From: Candidatus Ozemobacteraceae bacterium
GTDB lineage: Bacteria > Muiribacteriota > Ozemobacteria > Ozemobacterales > Ozemobacteraceae
Direction of reading: 5' to 3'
Length of the DNA: 64,000 bases
Assembly: GCA_965140445.1 (NCBI GenBank)
Contig: OZ223236.1
Coordinates: 768,001-832,000 of the forward strand
Shown piece by piece: positions 28,028-38,363 of the stretch. The stretch's first letter is position 1; each line of letters begins with the position of its first letter. The translations under genes and the position numbers were made by a program. Under the pieces are notes generated by a model. The model was not told where the DNA came from, searched no databases, and saw only the letters and a list, made by a program, of their open reading frames with translations.

Positions 28028-29422
28028 ATGCTTTTTAAAACACATAATATTCTGGTTGTTGATGATGAGAAGTCTATTCTTTTCAGTTTGAAAGCTGCTT
28101 TAAAAAAAGAAGGTTATCAGGTAAAGTCCGCAGAAAATCCTGAGGAAGCTTTAAAATTTATTGAGCCAGGGGCATTCCAGGTAATTATCTCTGATTACAA
28201 CATGCCGGGCATGAATGGCATGGACTTTCTTGCTCGTGTAAAAGAAATCGACCCGGAAATCGTATTTATTTTAATGACCGCTTATGGATCAGAAAAGCTT
28301 GCAATTGAAGCCATGAAAAATGGTGCATACGATTATTTTTCAAAGCCCTTCGATATAGAAGAGATGCGAGTAATTGTAGCAAAAGCCTGTGAGAGGTTTT
28401 CTCTTGCATACGAAAAGAAAAGTCTAGAGGAAAGATTCTTATCGGCCCCCGAGACAGATCGAATAATTGGCGCTTCAGCCCAGACTCAGCTTGTAAAAGA
28501 GAAGATCGAACAAGTTGCTAAGAGTGAAATAACTGTTCTAATTCAGGGTGAATCCGGGACCGGAAAGGAACTTGTGGCAGAAGCAATACAAAGAAAAAGT
28601 AATCGCGCCAGCGGTCCATTTGTAACTCTTAACTGCGCAGCTTTGCCAGAAAACCTTATTGAGAGTGAACTTTTTGGCTACGAAAAGGGTGCTTTTACTG
28701 GTGCCGCAGCCAGAAAACGTGGAAAATTTGAAATAGCCAATGGTGGAACCATTTTTCTGGACGAAATTGGCGATATGGCAATTAATACACAGGCTAAAGT
28801 ACTTAGGGTCCTTCAAGAACGAGAAGTTGAAAGACTTGGAGGAGTTAAGCCTATAAAAGTTGATGTTAGAATTATTGCCGCTACTCATAAAGATTTAAAA
28901 GAAGCTATTGAGCAAAAGCAGTTTCGAGAAGATTTGTTTTATAGAATTAATGTTGTGAATATTCAACTTGCTCCTTTAAGAGAAAGATCTGAAGATATTC
29001 CACTTATCGTTGAGCATTTTGTAAAAACAGCTTCACAGAGATCTGGAAAAGAAATTAAAGGTGTTTCTCCAAAGGCTATGACGGCATTGAAGAATTTTAA
29101 ATGGCCTGGAAACGTTAGACAGCTGCAAAACATTATCGAGGGCGCATCTGTTTTCACTAAAGCGGATATAATTGAGCTTGAAAACTTGCCAGAAGAAGTC
29201 AGAATTGGTTTTGAGCCCGAATCTTCTTCCGGGAATTTTGACTGGGTTGCTGACCAAATCAGAGATGGTAAAAATCTTGATGAAATGATGGCCTGGATAG
29301 AAAAAGAAATGATAGTCAGGATGCTGCGCGAAACAGAAGGTAACCAGTCAAAAGCAGCTCAACTGCTGGGAATAAAGCGCGGAACACTTCAATACAAAAT
29401 GAAAGCTTACAATCTTGGCTAA
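28028..29422 (+). CDS. Sigma54-dependent response regulator (NtrC/AtoC family)
   Basis: REC domain, GESGTGKE, GAFTGA, FLDEIG, WPGNVRQL, Fis-type HTH. Confidence 0.96.
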   Translation: MLFKTHNILVVDDEKSILFSLKAALKKEGYQVKSAENPEEALKFIEPGAFQVIISDYNMPGMNGMDFLARVKEIDPEIVFILMTAYGSEKLAIEAMKNGAYDYFSKPFDIEEMRVIVAKACERFSLAYEKKSLEERFLSAPETDRIIGASAQTQLVKEKIEQVAKSEITVLIQGESGTGKELVAEAIQRKSNRASGPFVTLNCAALPENLIESELFGYEKGAFTGAAARKRGKFEIANGGTIFLDEIGDMAINTQAKVLRVLQEREVERLGGVKPIKVDVRIIAATHKDLKEAIEQKQFREDLFYRINVVNIQLAPLRERSEDIPLIVEHFVKTASQRSGKEIKGVSPKAMTALKNFKWPGNVRQLQNIIEGASVFTKADIIELENLPEEVRIGFEPESSSGNFDWVADQIRDGKNLDEMMAWIEKEMIVRMLRETEGNQSKAAQLLGIKRGTLQYKMKAYNLG

Positions 29423-29455
29423 TCAATTGTTAGAAGAACTAATTTGTGGGGAATT

Positions 29456-32098
29456 TTAGTTGCCTGTCGGGAAGTAAATTACCCAGGTTTTAAAATCTCC
29501 TGTACTTGGAGTAGAGGAAAAGGTAACTTCCAGATCTCCGTAATTGCCTCGACTGTATTCAAATAGTCTGCAGCCATAGCCTTTTATGCCAAAATTTTTG
29601 TTATAAACAGGGTCTTCATAAAAAGCTTGCCCTTTCAGGCCGTTTATCTCTCCATTTTTGCCGCGGAGCTGGATATTTTTAAACTGGTGAGAATCTTTGT
29701 TATATCCTGGAAACCCATCTGCAAGACCAAGGTCATCTAAATAAAGGGCTTTGCAGAAATCATGGAAAAATTCTTTTATGGAAGCTGCACTTGGATTTGC
29801 GAAGCCAGCTTTAATAATATTGGTATCAATGTCGACTAATCCAATTGCGCCATTTTTCTTTTCAAGAACGCGTATTGCGTTATATCCACCGCATCTGTCA
29901 TACAAATATTGTGTAAACAGGTATGACATTCCATAGTTATAATTAGCTGGCGAAGTTGGCCAGTGGTTTAGTGAAACAAGCTCTGGATACTGGAAATATT
30001 CTTTAACCCAGGTTATCGCAGTAGAATTTTCCTGAAGAAATCCAAGACCGACAACCTGTCTGGCAAATGCAGATAATCCAGCATCTATCCATGTGCTTCC
30101 TTCAGTGCTCTTTTGATTGAAATACATCATGTTTTGTAGTGCTTGAATCATTGCAGCTCTAAATTCTTGCGGCTCAGATTTGAATCTTGCGCTATTAAGA
30201 TAGATAATTTCGGTTCCAAGCGAGTTGGGTTTTGTAGAGTCTTTATCCCTGGCATCAAAATATGCAATCACGGGTTGGCTGTATATGGTTTCTTCTAATG
30301 TTGAGGTTACGAAGAGGGCTATTCTGGGTTGTGCGTCGACATTTCCTTCTGGAGGAGTCGTTGTTCCATCCCAGCAGGCGGTTGCAATTGTTGCATAACC
30401 ATTGTCAAACCAATTTCCGATGGTTGTTGCATCTGCGGTTGTCAGCCCAGTGTTAACAACGTCAAAATAGACCAGCGCTTTTGTAGTTGTTGCCAAAAGA
30501 GTTCCGGTTGCTAAATTGTCGTTGGTGGAGTCGTATGGGTTTGATGATTTGAAATTTCTAACATAAAATTCAACCGTATTTGATGCGGGTTCTGTTAGAG
30601 AAGCTCTAATGTTTTTGTAAAGATTATTAGTAACCCGTGGAGGAGTGGGAGGAAGATTATTGGAAAACTGTCTGGTGTCAGGTGGTGGAAGTAGATTGCT
30701 CGCAGGAAGGTTGGGAACCTGCGCTAGATTTCCACCTAAAAATCCAGAAATATTGTAAGTAAAATCTCCTGGCAGATCCTGTGAAGCATCTCCTGAGAGG
30801 ACACTTAGAAAAACTATTCTGTCAGTTGGTTTCAAGGATGCTAAATGAAGTGTGTTGCCACGGGAAACAGTGGCAAAGTCATAAATTCCGTAATTGGTAA
30901 TTGTATTATTTATAGTATTGTATGCCGTATATTTTAGAGCGTTGCTTACCGAGTCATTAACCTGAACTTTAACTTCTCCCGTGGCGTCAGGTGCCAGAAC
31001 CGTTCCATCCGGAACAGTAAAACTTAGTTTTGTGTCTGAAAACGTTAATAAATCTGTTGGCAACAGAACCTTTCCGTTGAAAGAAACTTTTACAGCGTTT
31101 TTATCTGTTCCAAAGTTATAGCCATAAACTGTTAGTGGCACGCCAGGTATAGATCTCCTGGGGGTAAGGTAAACTATTTCAGGTTGAATGGTTAGAGTTA
31201 TATTTGAGGTTAATCCGTCCAACTGGTATTCATTACTTTCAATTCTAATAGACAATTTCCCTGTTCTTGCACTTTGTGGAATCTGAATTTGCATACTCTT
31301 ATCAGAAGCAACAGATAATACTGTGCACGCCACATCATTTAACTTAACCTTATTAAAATTGGAAATCAGGTTGAAGTTTCGTCCACCTAGGGTGATTTTT
31401 GCTCCGCCTTTTGCCACTGAAGGCGTTGCACTAAGAATAGTTGGTTTCCCAACGAATGTCAGTTGCTGGGTTTCATGTGAAGAAACTCCATCTATGATTA
31501 CTTTTACTGGTCCTGATTCAACTTCAGTAGGAACCTGGACTAATATTTTGTCATCCAGATTGCTATTCCAGTCCAATATGGTGGCTGTTTTACCATTGAA
31601 GGTAACTGTCCCTGGCGTGCCTCCGCATCCTTTGCAGTAAACTGCAACGAGATCTCCATCTGTTCCAACGTTTGGAACTAATGAAATTACTGCAAAGTCC
31701 GGAGAATAAATAACTGCTTCTGTGCTTAAAGTGAAGTTGGTATTTTCTGTTATAAGCCCTGGGTATACTCTTACGCTTTCTTTTACAGAGGGGGCATACC
31801 CTGATGCCCTGGTAATTACTCGGTAGTCTCCAGCTGGTATTGGGCCTAGAAGATATCTGCCGTCGGTGGCTGTAACAGCTTGGGTTTGGTAAGTTTCGAT
31901 TACAGCACCAGATATAACGCTTCCACCGGTCGCAATTACGGTTCCCTGAATTCTTCCGTAGTCCAGACTATTTGATGAATTAGCTGGTCCACTGGACAGC
32001 TCAGAATTGGATGAAGTTCCGCCACATCCCAAGGCAAAAAGTACCAATAGTTGAACAATAAAAACTGGCGCCCAAATTTTTTTTATAGAGCTGTGCAT
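29456..32098 (-). CDS. Lipoprotein with carboxypeptidase-regulatory-like and three IPT/TIG domains plus degenerate M30-like peptidase domain
   Basis: ALGC lipobox; three IPT repeats; MIQALQNMMYFNQK and WIDAGLS where HExxH and WLNEGLS are expected; YGMSYLFTQYL. Start at 32098 inferred. Confidence 0.75.
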   Translation of the reverse strand: MHSSIKKIWAPVFIVQLLVLFALGCGGTSSNSELSSGPANSSNSLDYGRIQGTVIATGGSVISGAVIETYQTQAVTATDGRYLLGPIPAGDYRVITRASGYAPSVKESVRVYPGLITENTNFTLSTEAVIYSPDFAVISLVPNVGTDGDLVAVYCKGCGGTPGTVTFNGKTATILDWNSNLDDKILVQVPTEVESGPVKVIIDGVSSHETQQLTFVGKPTILSATPSVAKGGAKITLGGRNFNLISNFNKVKLNDVACTVLSVASDKSMQIQIPQSARTGKLSIRIESNEYQLDGLTSNITLTIQPEIVYLTPRRSIPGVPLTVYGYNFGTDKNAVKVSFNGKVLLPTDLLTFSDTKLSFTVPDGTVLAPDATGEVKVQVNDSVSNALKYTAYNTINNTITNYGIYDFATVSRGNTLHLASLKPTDRIVFLSVLSGDASQDLPGDFTYNISGFLGGNLAQVPNLPASNLLPPPDTRQFSNNLPPTPPRVTNNLYKNIRASLTEPASNTVEFYVRNFKSSNPYDSTNDNLATGTLLATTTKALVYFDVVNTGLTTADATTIGNWFDNGYATIATACWDGTTTPPEGNVDAQPRIALFVTSTLEETIYSQPVIAYFDARDKDSTKPNSLGTEIIYLNSARFKSEPQEFRAAMIQALQNMMYFNQKSTEGSTWIDAGLSAFARQVVGLGFLQENSTAITWVKEYFQYPELVSLNHWPTSPANYNYGMSYLFTQYLYDRCGGYNAIRVLEKKNGAIGLVDIDTNIIKAGFANPSAASIKEFFHDFCKALYLDDLGLADGFPGYNKDSHQFKNIQLRGKNGEINGLKGQAFYEDPVYNKNFGIKGYGCRLFEYSRGNYGDLEVTFSSTPSTGDFKTWVIYFPTGN

Positions 32099-32170
32099 AA
32101 TTTTTTTAAAAAATAATTTTTGCCTTTGAATTAGATTAATAGCGGGTGAAAAGAGGTTTGTTATGTAGAG

Positions 32171-32199
32171 ATTGTGCCAAAGATTTTTTTTCATGTCAA
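32171..32199 (-). promoter_or_regulatory. Sigma70-type promoter for the IPT/TIG lipoprotein gene
   Basis: TTGACA-N17-CACAAT. Confidence 0.55.
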
Positions 32200-32283
32200 G
32201 TTTATCAACTAATTAGCCGAAAAGAAAGGTGAGAAATAATGCTACACCGTGCCCGGTTGGCAGACAAAAAACAGGAGACAAAT

Positions 32284-35200
32284 ATGAGGCAAACAAAATC
32301 TAGATTCCTTAATTGCGAAACTTACATTCTACGGGTATTACTATGCTTTTTTCTAATATTCCTGTGGAATTCAAATGCTTTGTTTGCTGATATTACAGCT
32401 CAAACCTTGGTCGTTGACTACCCGGGGGCTGCAACTGGCGCTAAAATTAACGGTGCTGCTGTGGTCACTCTTCAAGCTGCATGGACTGGAGATACTCCTC
32501 CATACTCTGCTACCTTTAAAACGGGCGCTAATGCTCTTGGAAACGTTACAACTTCCTCGGCTAATGCCAATTTTCAAGTTTCAGGGGCTGCGCTTGGGCA
32601 CGGTGATGGAAAGACCTTTGAAGTTGAAATTCTTGAAAGCTCTGTTCCTGCAGCTGAAAGTAAGACAGCTACAGGCGATAAATCAGTAAACGTTGATCTT
32701 CAAGCTCCTGGGATCACGGTAACGCTTAACAAGACAACTTTTTCAAACAATGCTGGAAACAACGAAGTAATTATAAACATTACAAGTGATGAAGATATAA
32801 GCAAACCAACTGTTACTGTAACACCAGACACACTTGGTGTAGCACCAACTGATGATGCTACAAACCCAACAGTTGGTAGATCCTTCCGCTACACAATGAC
32901 TTTAACTGCTGCACAAAGTAATAACTATACTGTAAGAGTTGATGGAAGAGATACAACTCAACCAGCAGCCAATGCGAACCTTGGAAGCAGTCAGGCTGTT
33001 TTTAATGTTTCAGCATCAGGACCTGGTGCTGGTGCAATCAATGCGGTTAGCCCAGGAACTCCTACAAAAGCTAATAGCGTAACTCTTAGTGGATCTGTGG
33101 GCTCAAATACAGACACTACAAGACCTGTAGAGATTCTCGAAGGTGGAGCTGTTGTAGCCAATGGAACAATAAATGGAACAACCTGGTCTGCAAATGTTAA
33201 CTCTGTAACCGAAGGTGTTCATACCTACACAATGAGAGGGTATGATCTTTTGGGCAATCCTTCTGCTGAGTCTGGACCATTTGTAGTTACAGTTGATCAA
33301 AGCAATCCTTCAACTCCAACTGTGGTTCAGCCACCAACACCTACTGGTGCTGCCACTATTACAATTTCTGGAACTGGTGCTGTTGATTCAGGAACAGTAG
33401 TTTCACTTCCAGTTTACGTTGGCGTTTATGATATGAATGGAACCATGGTTGCGAGCGCTCCTGCTTCATCCGATGGCTCATTCAGTATTTCAAATGTTGC
33501 TTTGGCAGATGGAGATAACCAGTTTTATGTTCAGGCTGCAGATGCTACTGTAAACGGTGGAAACCTGTCTGGTATTTCAAACAGAGTAAATGTTTTTAGA
33601 GATGTAACCCAGACAACTCTTTCCAGCGTTATCATTTCACAGCCACCTGATCTTGCTTCAATGCCACTTCCTTTACCATCTTCTACATGGTATGGACCTG
33701 GAACATATAGAGTTCAGGCTAACTTTGACGAAAATATGGATACTACGTTGAATCCAACTATTACTATGACATTTGGTGGTGGAAGCGTAGTAAGTAATGC
33801 AGCTGGAACATGGGTTGATCCGAGAACATTTATTGGTTCAATAAGTGTTCCAAACAATGGCGGCACATCTTATGATGGAGTTTCTGAGCTCGCGATTGCC
33901 GGTGCAAGAGATGCTGCAGGCAATACAATGACTGATTTTGTTCAGGCAAGCTCTTTAAGCCTGGATGCTACCAGCCCAACTTCAAGTTTTACTGATAATT
34001 CAGCTCTTTACGTATCAAGTGCTACAACTTCACTTTCTATGACAGGCGTTGCTGATGACGCAGGTTCTGGTGTTGGATATGTTGATATTGCCTGGCAGAG
34101 TTTCTCTGGTGGAGCAGTTAGTTCAATTTCAGTTCCAATATTTAATGGAGCACACGCTGATTGGTCATATAATTGGAATGTTTCAGGACTTGGTTCGGGA
34201 AGATATAAAGTATGGGTTTATGCTGGAGACAGAGCTACTCCTAAGACTAATATTGAACCTTTCCTGACAAAGGAATACAGAATTCTTCTTGTTGATAGAG
34301 ATGATCCATCTGTTTCACGTGTAAGTATTGGAAACCTTGCTACTGATATTCAGGATATGGATGCTTCTATGGTTCCTACTATTGCAAGTTCTGTTACAAG
34401 GCTTGTTGCAAAATTCCTTGATAACGGCGATGCTGGAATTGATTTTGGAAATGCCGGGTTCCAGTTTACTCTTGTAAACGATTCTACAGGAAACTCAATT
34501 CTTGGGAACTTCTCGAACAATGCTTCTGATACAGTGTTTTTCGACTTTCCTGAGCTCACACAAAATGGAACTTACACTGTAACAGTAAGACCAATAGATA
34601 AGGCTGGAAATCTTGGTGTTGTTGCAACAAGAAGCTTTGTTCTTGATACAACTGGTCCTTCAAATGTTGGTCCGATGCCAGCAAATAATACAGTTGTAAA
34701 TCACACTTATGAGCCAATCGCGGCAGGTCAGGTGTGGGCTGTGATCGATGATCCAATGGCTGATTTTGCTCGTTCAAGCATGGTGGTCAGATACAATGGC
34801 AATCAGATTGGAGAAACCGTTCCCAGCGCTTCTACCACAGCAGTTGTGCACAATCTCATTACCGGTGGTGGAAACGTCCACGAAGATCAGAGTGATGATG
34901 GTAGATATGATATGGAAGTAACACCTGTTGATATTCTTGGGAATACAGGAACAGTTGGTAGGTCTTTCTTCAATCTGGATACTCAGGCTCCAGTAATAAC
35001 AACCTTTGCCCCAGCTTTGAATGCTGATGCCGAGACATGGGTTGGAAATTCAGTAACTCAATATTCTGTAACGCTTTCAGATGCGCCAAAGGATATTGTT
35101 ACACATGCTGCTGCTCTTGGAAGAACAGCGGTTCCTGCTGGAGACCCAAATTGGTATAACGGAAGCGGTTCTGGAGTAAATACAACGGTTTCATCCTTTA

Positions 35201-37671
35201 GTTGGGATATCGGAGTTGCTTCAAGTTCTGCTCCAGCTATTACTGGAAATACTTTTACAGTAAACAAGCCTTCTGCTGATGCAACAGCATTTCCTGAAGG
35301 GGTTGTAGATGTTCCTTGTCAGGTTGTAACTGCTGACAACGTTGCATTTGGTAACCCAGCGCCAAACATGTTTACACATACTCATACATATAGATACGAC
35401 TTCCTGGAACCATCAATAACTGGAATAACCAAGCCTGAGCCTGGAAACAACAAATATTGCAAGCAAACGCTTACAATTGAAGGGGCGGCAATGGATCAGG
35501 GAACTTCAACAGATATTCAGGTTGTTGGAATTGAATTATCTGAAGACAATACAAGCTGGGCATCAATGTCTGTTTCTGGATTACCAGCGACTCAGGCAAG
35601 CTTTACTGCAACCATGGATATCACTAATCGCATTGATGGAACATACAGCTTTTATCTGCGCGCAATTGATAGGGGTGGAAACGTGTCACCTTCAAGTTCA
35701 GGTGCTTTTGTTGTAGACAGAACTCCTCCTGAAGCTCCAACTATGGTAGTTCCTCTTCCTGATCAGATAACCAATAAACGTGGTCAGCTTTTTAAGTGGG
35801 CTACAACTACCGATGCGGATCATTATCTTCTTCAGGTTGCTGATGACCCGTCATTTAACAATGTTCTAAATAATCAAATCAACACTGCTTATCCTGCATT
35901 GGTTGGGCAAGTAACTGTTATGACTGAAAATGCGTTCTCTCTTCCAAAAGATGGAACATACTATTGGAGAGTCGCAGCTATTGAAACATGTGTTGATGGA
36001 TATAACATTAGTAGCTATTCAACCACCAGAAAGATTGTTGTTGACACAGTTAAGCCAACTGCTCTTTCAGTTCAGCCTGCTCCAAGCTCTGGAAACAAGA
36101 TTACAACTGGTATGGTTACCTTTACGGTTAGATTCAGTGAAAATATGGATGGAACTGAACCACCGGTAGTGAACTTGACTTCAGCAGGTGGCCAGCTGAT
36201 GAAAGTTGAAATGGTTACTTTCTCGGGTGACACATGGACTGGAACAGCTGTTATTCCAAGCAATAATAGTGCTCTTTATGATGGGACAGCGATAATATCA
36301 ATCTCTGGTGGTAAAGACCTAGCTGCTAATACAATGGCAGAAGATAGCACCAACAGTGTAATTATCAATACTGGCCCGGCATTTACAACAAAAATATTCT
36401 CAAATCCTGCACATGAATACGAAATCATGGTGGTTACGAAGTCTTCAGAAGCACTTCAGGCTCCTCCAACATGCTCTATTCAGCAGAATTCAACCAGGAC
36501 TCCAGTTGTAATGAATTTCCTCAAAGAAAGATATTACGCTGGTTCATACAAAATTCTTGCAGACAGTCCTGGCAAGGCATATATCGATATGTCTGGATCA
36601 GACCTGAATGGCATGACAGGAAAAGATTCAGTTGAGTTTACAGTTGCAGATCTTTCCGCTTCAGTAAGAGCAGAAATGATTACTCCATCTGGAAAAGCAA
36701 CACTTAAAGCAGCTGAAGGTTCAGTCAGCAATCCTGTGGCAATGTATATGCTTGCCAGAGAGACTCTTGAGTCACCGTTTGCAGCTGATATCAAGGCAAG
36801 CGTTCTGGCTGATACGGTAGACATGGAAGTTAAAAATGGATCAGAGCTTGTTGGGGTATTGCCTCTTGAAGAAATTGGTCCAGCTAATGTTCAACTTAAG
36901 AAATGCATGCTTTACAGTGCTGATGTAGAAGGAATCAAGCTTTCAGTTCCAGCTGAAAAAGTTCATCTTTACAGACTTGGAAGTGATGGTTTCTGGAGAT
37001 TCCAGGGTGGAGAGCTTAAGGATGAAAAAATTACTGCTCAAATAACTGGTCTTGGTAGATTGGCTTTGATGGCAGACATGACTGCTCCTTCAATCAAAGA
37101 TTTCTCACCAGCTGACATGGATAAGCTTGATGATCCTCAACCTGTAATCGAAGGTCGCCTGGTTGATTACGGTTCGGGCGCTGTAAATGAAACGTTGAAA
37201 CTCTTCATTGATGGCGTTGAAATGCCAAATGTGAAGGCCGATTCAAAAGGTTACTTTAAATTCAAAGTTCCGGTTGTTCTTCCAAAAGGTAGACATGAAA
37301 TTGAAGTTGAAGCTGCTGACAAAGCAGGAAATCAGGTTAGAAGTTCATTCTGGGTGACTGCGCCAGGAGCATTCGCAATTGATCAGTTTACTCCTTATCC
37401 GAACCCTTCAACAGGAACACATATCTACTTCAACTATAACTTCAATCAGAGAGCTGAAAGAGTGAGATTGAAAATCTATGATGTGGCTGGTCACAGAGTG
37501 GCAGATTTCGATACTTTCGATTTTGCTAATCAGACTGACGGAAGAATCCGATGGGATTTAAGGAACGATAGTGGAAAACGTGTAGCTAATGGAGTTTATT
37601 TCTATAAGCTACAGGTAACTAGAAGCGGCAAAACATACAAAAAACGCGGCAAATTCGCTGTATTGCGCTAG
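32284..37671 (+). CDS. Giant secreted Ig-like repeat protein with C-terminal FlgD-Ig/T9SS-CTD-like domain
   Basis: AGGAGA precedes ATG 32284; signal peptide; many D(T/K)xxP and DxAGN Ig boundary motifs; tail YPNP...KIYDVAG...WDLRNDSGKRVANGVYFYKL...KFAVLR. Confidence 0.85.
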   Translation: MRQTKSRFLNCETYILRVLLCFFLIFLWNSNALFADITAQTLVVDYPGAATGAKINGAAVVTLQAAWTGDTPPYSATFKTGANALGNVTTSSANANFQVSGAALGHGDGKTFEVEILESSVPAAESKTATGDKSVNVDLQAPGITVTLNKTTFSNNAGNNEVIINITSDEDISKPTVTVTPDTLGVAPTDDATNPTVGRSFRYTMTLTAAQSNNYTVRVDGRDTTQPAANANLGSSQAVFNVSASGPGAGAINAVSPGTPTKANSVTLSGSVGSNTDTTRPVEILEGGAVVANGTINGTTWSANVNSVTEGVHTYTMRGYDLLGNPSAESGPFVVTVDQSNPSTPTVVQPPTPTGAATITISGTGAVDSGTVVSLPVYVGVYDMNGTMVASAPASSDGSFSISNVALADGDNQFYVQAADATVNGGNLSGISNRVNVFRDVTQTTLSSVIISQPPDLASMPLPLPSSTWYGPGTYRVQANFDENMDTTLNPTITMTFGGGSVVSNAAGTWVDPRTFIGSISVPNNGGTSYDGVSELAIAGARDAAGNTMTDFVQASSLSLDATSPTSSFTDNSALYVSSATTSLSMTGVADDAGSGVGYVDIAWQSFSGGAVSSISVPIFNGAHADWSYNWNVSGLGSGRYKVWVYAGDRATPKTNIEPFLTKEYRILLVDRDDPSVSRVSIGNLATDIQDMDASMVPTIASSVTRLVAKFLDNGDAGIDFGNAGFQFTLVNDSTGNSILGNFSNNASDTVFFDFPELTQNGTYTVTVRPIDKAGNLGVVATRSFVLDTTGPSNVGPMPANNTVVNHTYEPIAAGQVWAVIDDPMADFARSSMVVRYNGNQIGETVPSASTTAVVHNLITGGGNVHEDQSDDGRYDMEVTPVDILGNTGTVGRSFFNLDTQAPVITTFAPALNADAETWVGNSVTQYSVTLSDAPKDIVTHAAALGRTAVPAGDPNWYNGSGSGVNTTVSSFSWDIGVASSSAPAITGNTFTVNKPSADATAFPEGVVDVPCQVVTADNVAFGNPAPNMFTHTHTYRYDFLEPSITGITKPEPGNNKYCKQTLTIEGAAMDQGTSTDIQVVGIELSEDNTSWASMSVSGLPATQASFTATMDITNRIDGTYSFYLRAIDRGGNVSPSSSGAFVVDRTPPEAPTMVVPLPDQITNKRGQLFKWATTTDADHYLLQVADDPSFNNVLNNQINTAYPALVGQVTVMTENAFSLPKDGTYYWRVAAIETCVDGYNISSYSTTRKIVVDTVKPTALSVQPAPSSGNKITTGMVTFTVRFSENMDGTEPPVVNLTSAGGQLMKVEMVTFSGDTWTGTAVIPSNNSALYDGTAIISISGGKDLAANTMAEDSTNSVIINTGPAFTTKIFSNPAHEYEIMVVTKSSEALQAPPTCSIQQNSTRTPVVMNFLKERYYAGSYKILADSPGKAYIDMSGSDLNGMTGKDSVEFTVADLSASVRAEMITPSGKATLKAAEGSVSNPVAMYMLARETLESPFAADIKASVLADTVDMEVKNGSELVGVLPLEEIGPANVQLKKCMLYSADVEGIKLSVPAEKVHLYRLGSDGFWRFQGGELKDEKITAQITGLGRLALMADMTAPSIKDFSPADMDKLDDPQPVIEGRLVDYGSGAVNETLKLFIDGVEMPNVKADSKGYFKFKVPVVLPKGRHEIEVEAADKAGNQVRSSFWVTAPGAFAIDQFTPYPNPSTGTHIYFNYNFNQRAERVRLKIYDVAGHRVADFDTFDFANQTDGRIRWDLRNDSGKRVANGVYFYKLQVTRSGKTYKKRGKFAVLR

Positions 37672-37693
37672 GAACAAAAAGGAGAGCTGCAAA

Positions 37694-38335
37694 ATGATTA
37701 AGAAACATCTAACAATAATTCTGCTGGCGCTTCCGTTACTGTTTGGCCTTACTGGCTGCAGTGGTGGGGTGAACGGCGAGGGAACTAATGACTACTCCAA
37801 CGATCTTGGAACTCCAATCGTTCGCGGAAATGCTTTCAATGATCTGGGCTGGAACCATATCAGTAAAGGGCAGTATGACAGTGCAATTGCGCAATTCAAT
37901 CTTGTTCTGAATGATAGTCCTACCGCAGACGAAGAAGCTGAAGCTAATAACGGTATTGGCTGGGCAAGAGCTAAACTTGGAGAACTTAAAGATGGAATGG
38001 TTTACTTTGATCGTGCAAAAACGATTTCAAATGATGCCAGAGTTGGCTTAGCTGCAGTCTATCTGCAAAAAGCTTCAAAGTCTGACATGGAAATGGTTGT
38101 TGACCTTCTTTATAAACAGCTTGGTCAGGAAAACCCGCATTTCAAATATAGCGCTCGAAGAGACACTGGCGTTTCTGATGCAGAAGTTCATGCGATGCTG
38201 GCATATGCTTATGCAGCTCTAGGGCAGAATGAAAGCGCAACAGAACAATTAGATTATGCAAAAGAATTGAATCCAAATTGGGAAAATACAACAATAGATC
38301 AACTTGCTAAAGTCGTTGAATTTTTGACCCAATAG
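37694..38335 (+). CDS. TPR lipoprotein
   Basis: LTGC lipobox; TPR motifs (GWNHISKGQYDSA, NNGIGWA). Confidence 0.85.
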   Translation: MIKKHLTIILLALPLLFGLTGCSGGVNGEGTNDYSNDLGTPIVRGNAFNDLGWNHISKGQYDSAIAQFNLVLNDSPTADEEAEANNGIGWARAKLGELKDGMVYFDRAKTISNDARVGLAAVYLQKASKSDMEMVVDLLYKQLGQENPHFKYSARRDTGVSDAEVHAMLAYAYAALGQNESATEQLDYAKELNPNWENTTIDQLAKVVEFLTQ

Positions 38336-38363
38336 TTAGTTTAAAGGCAGCTCTGGAGAAAGT

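Noticed and set aside
32165..32180. Sigma54 promoter TGGCACAATCTCTAC on the minus strand
   Set aside because: The -24 element matches but the required GC at -12 is absent.
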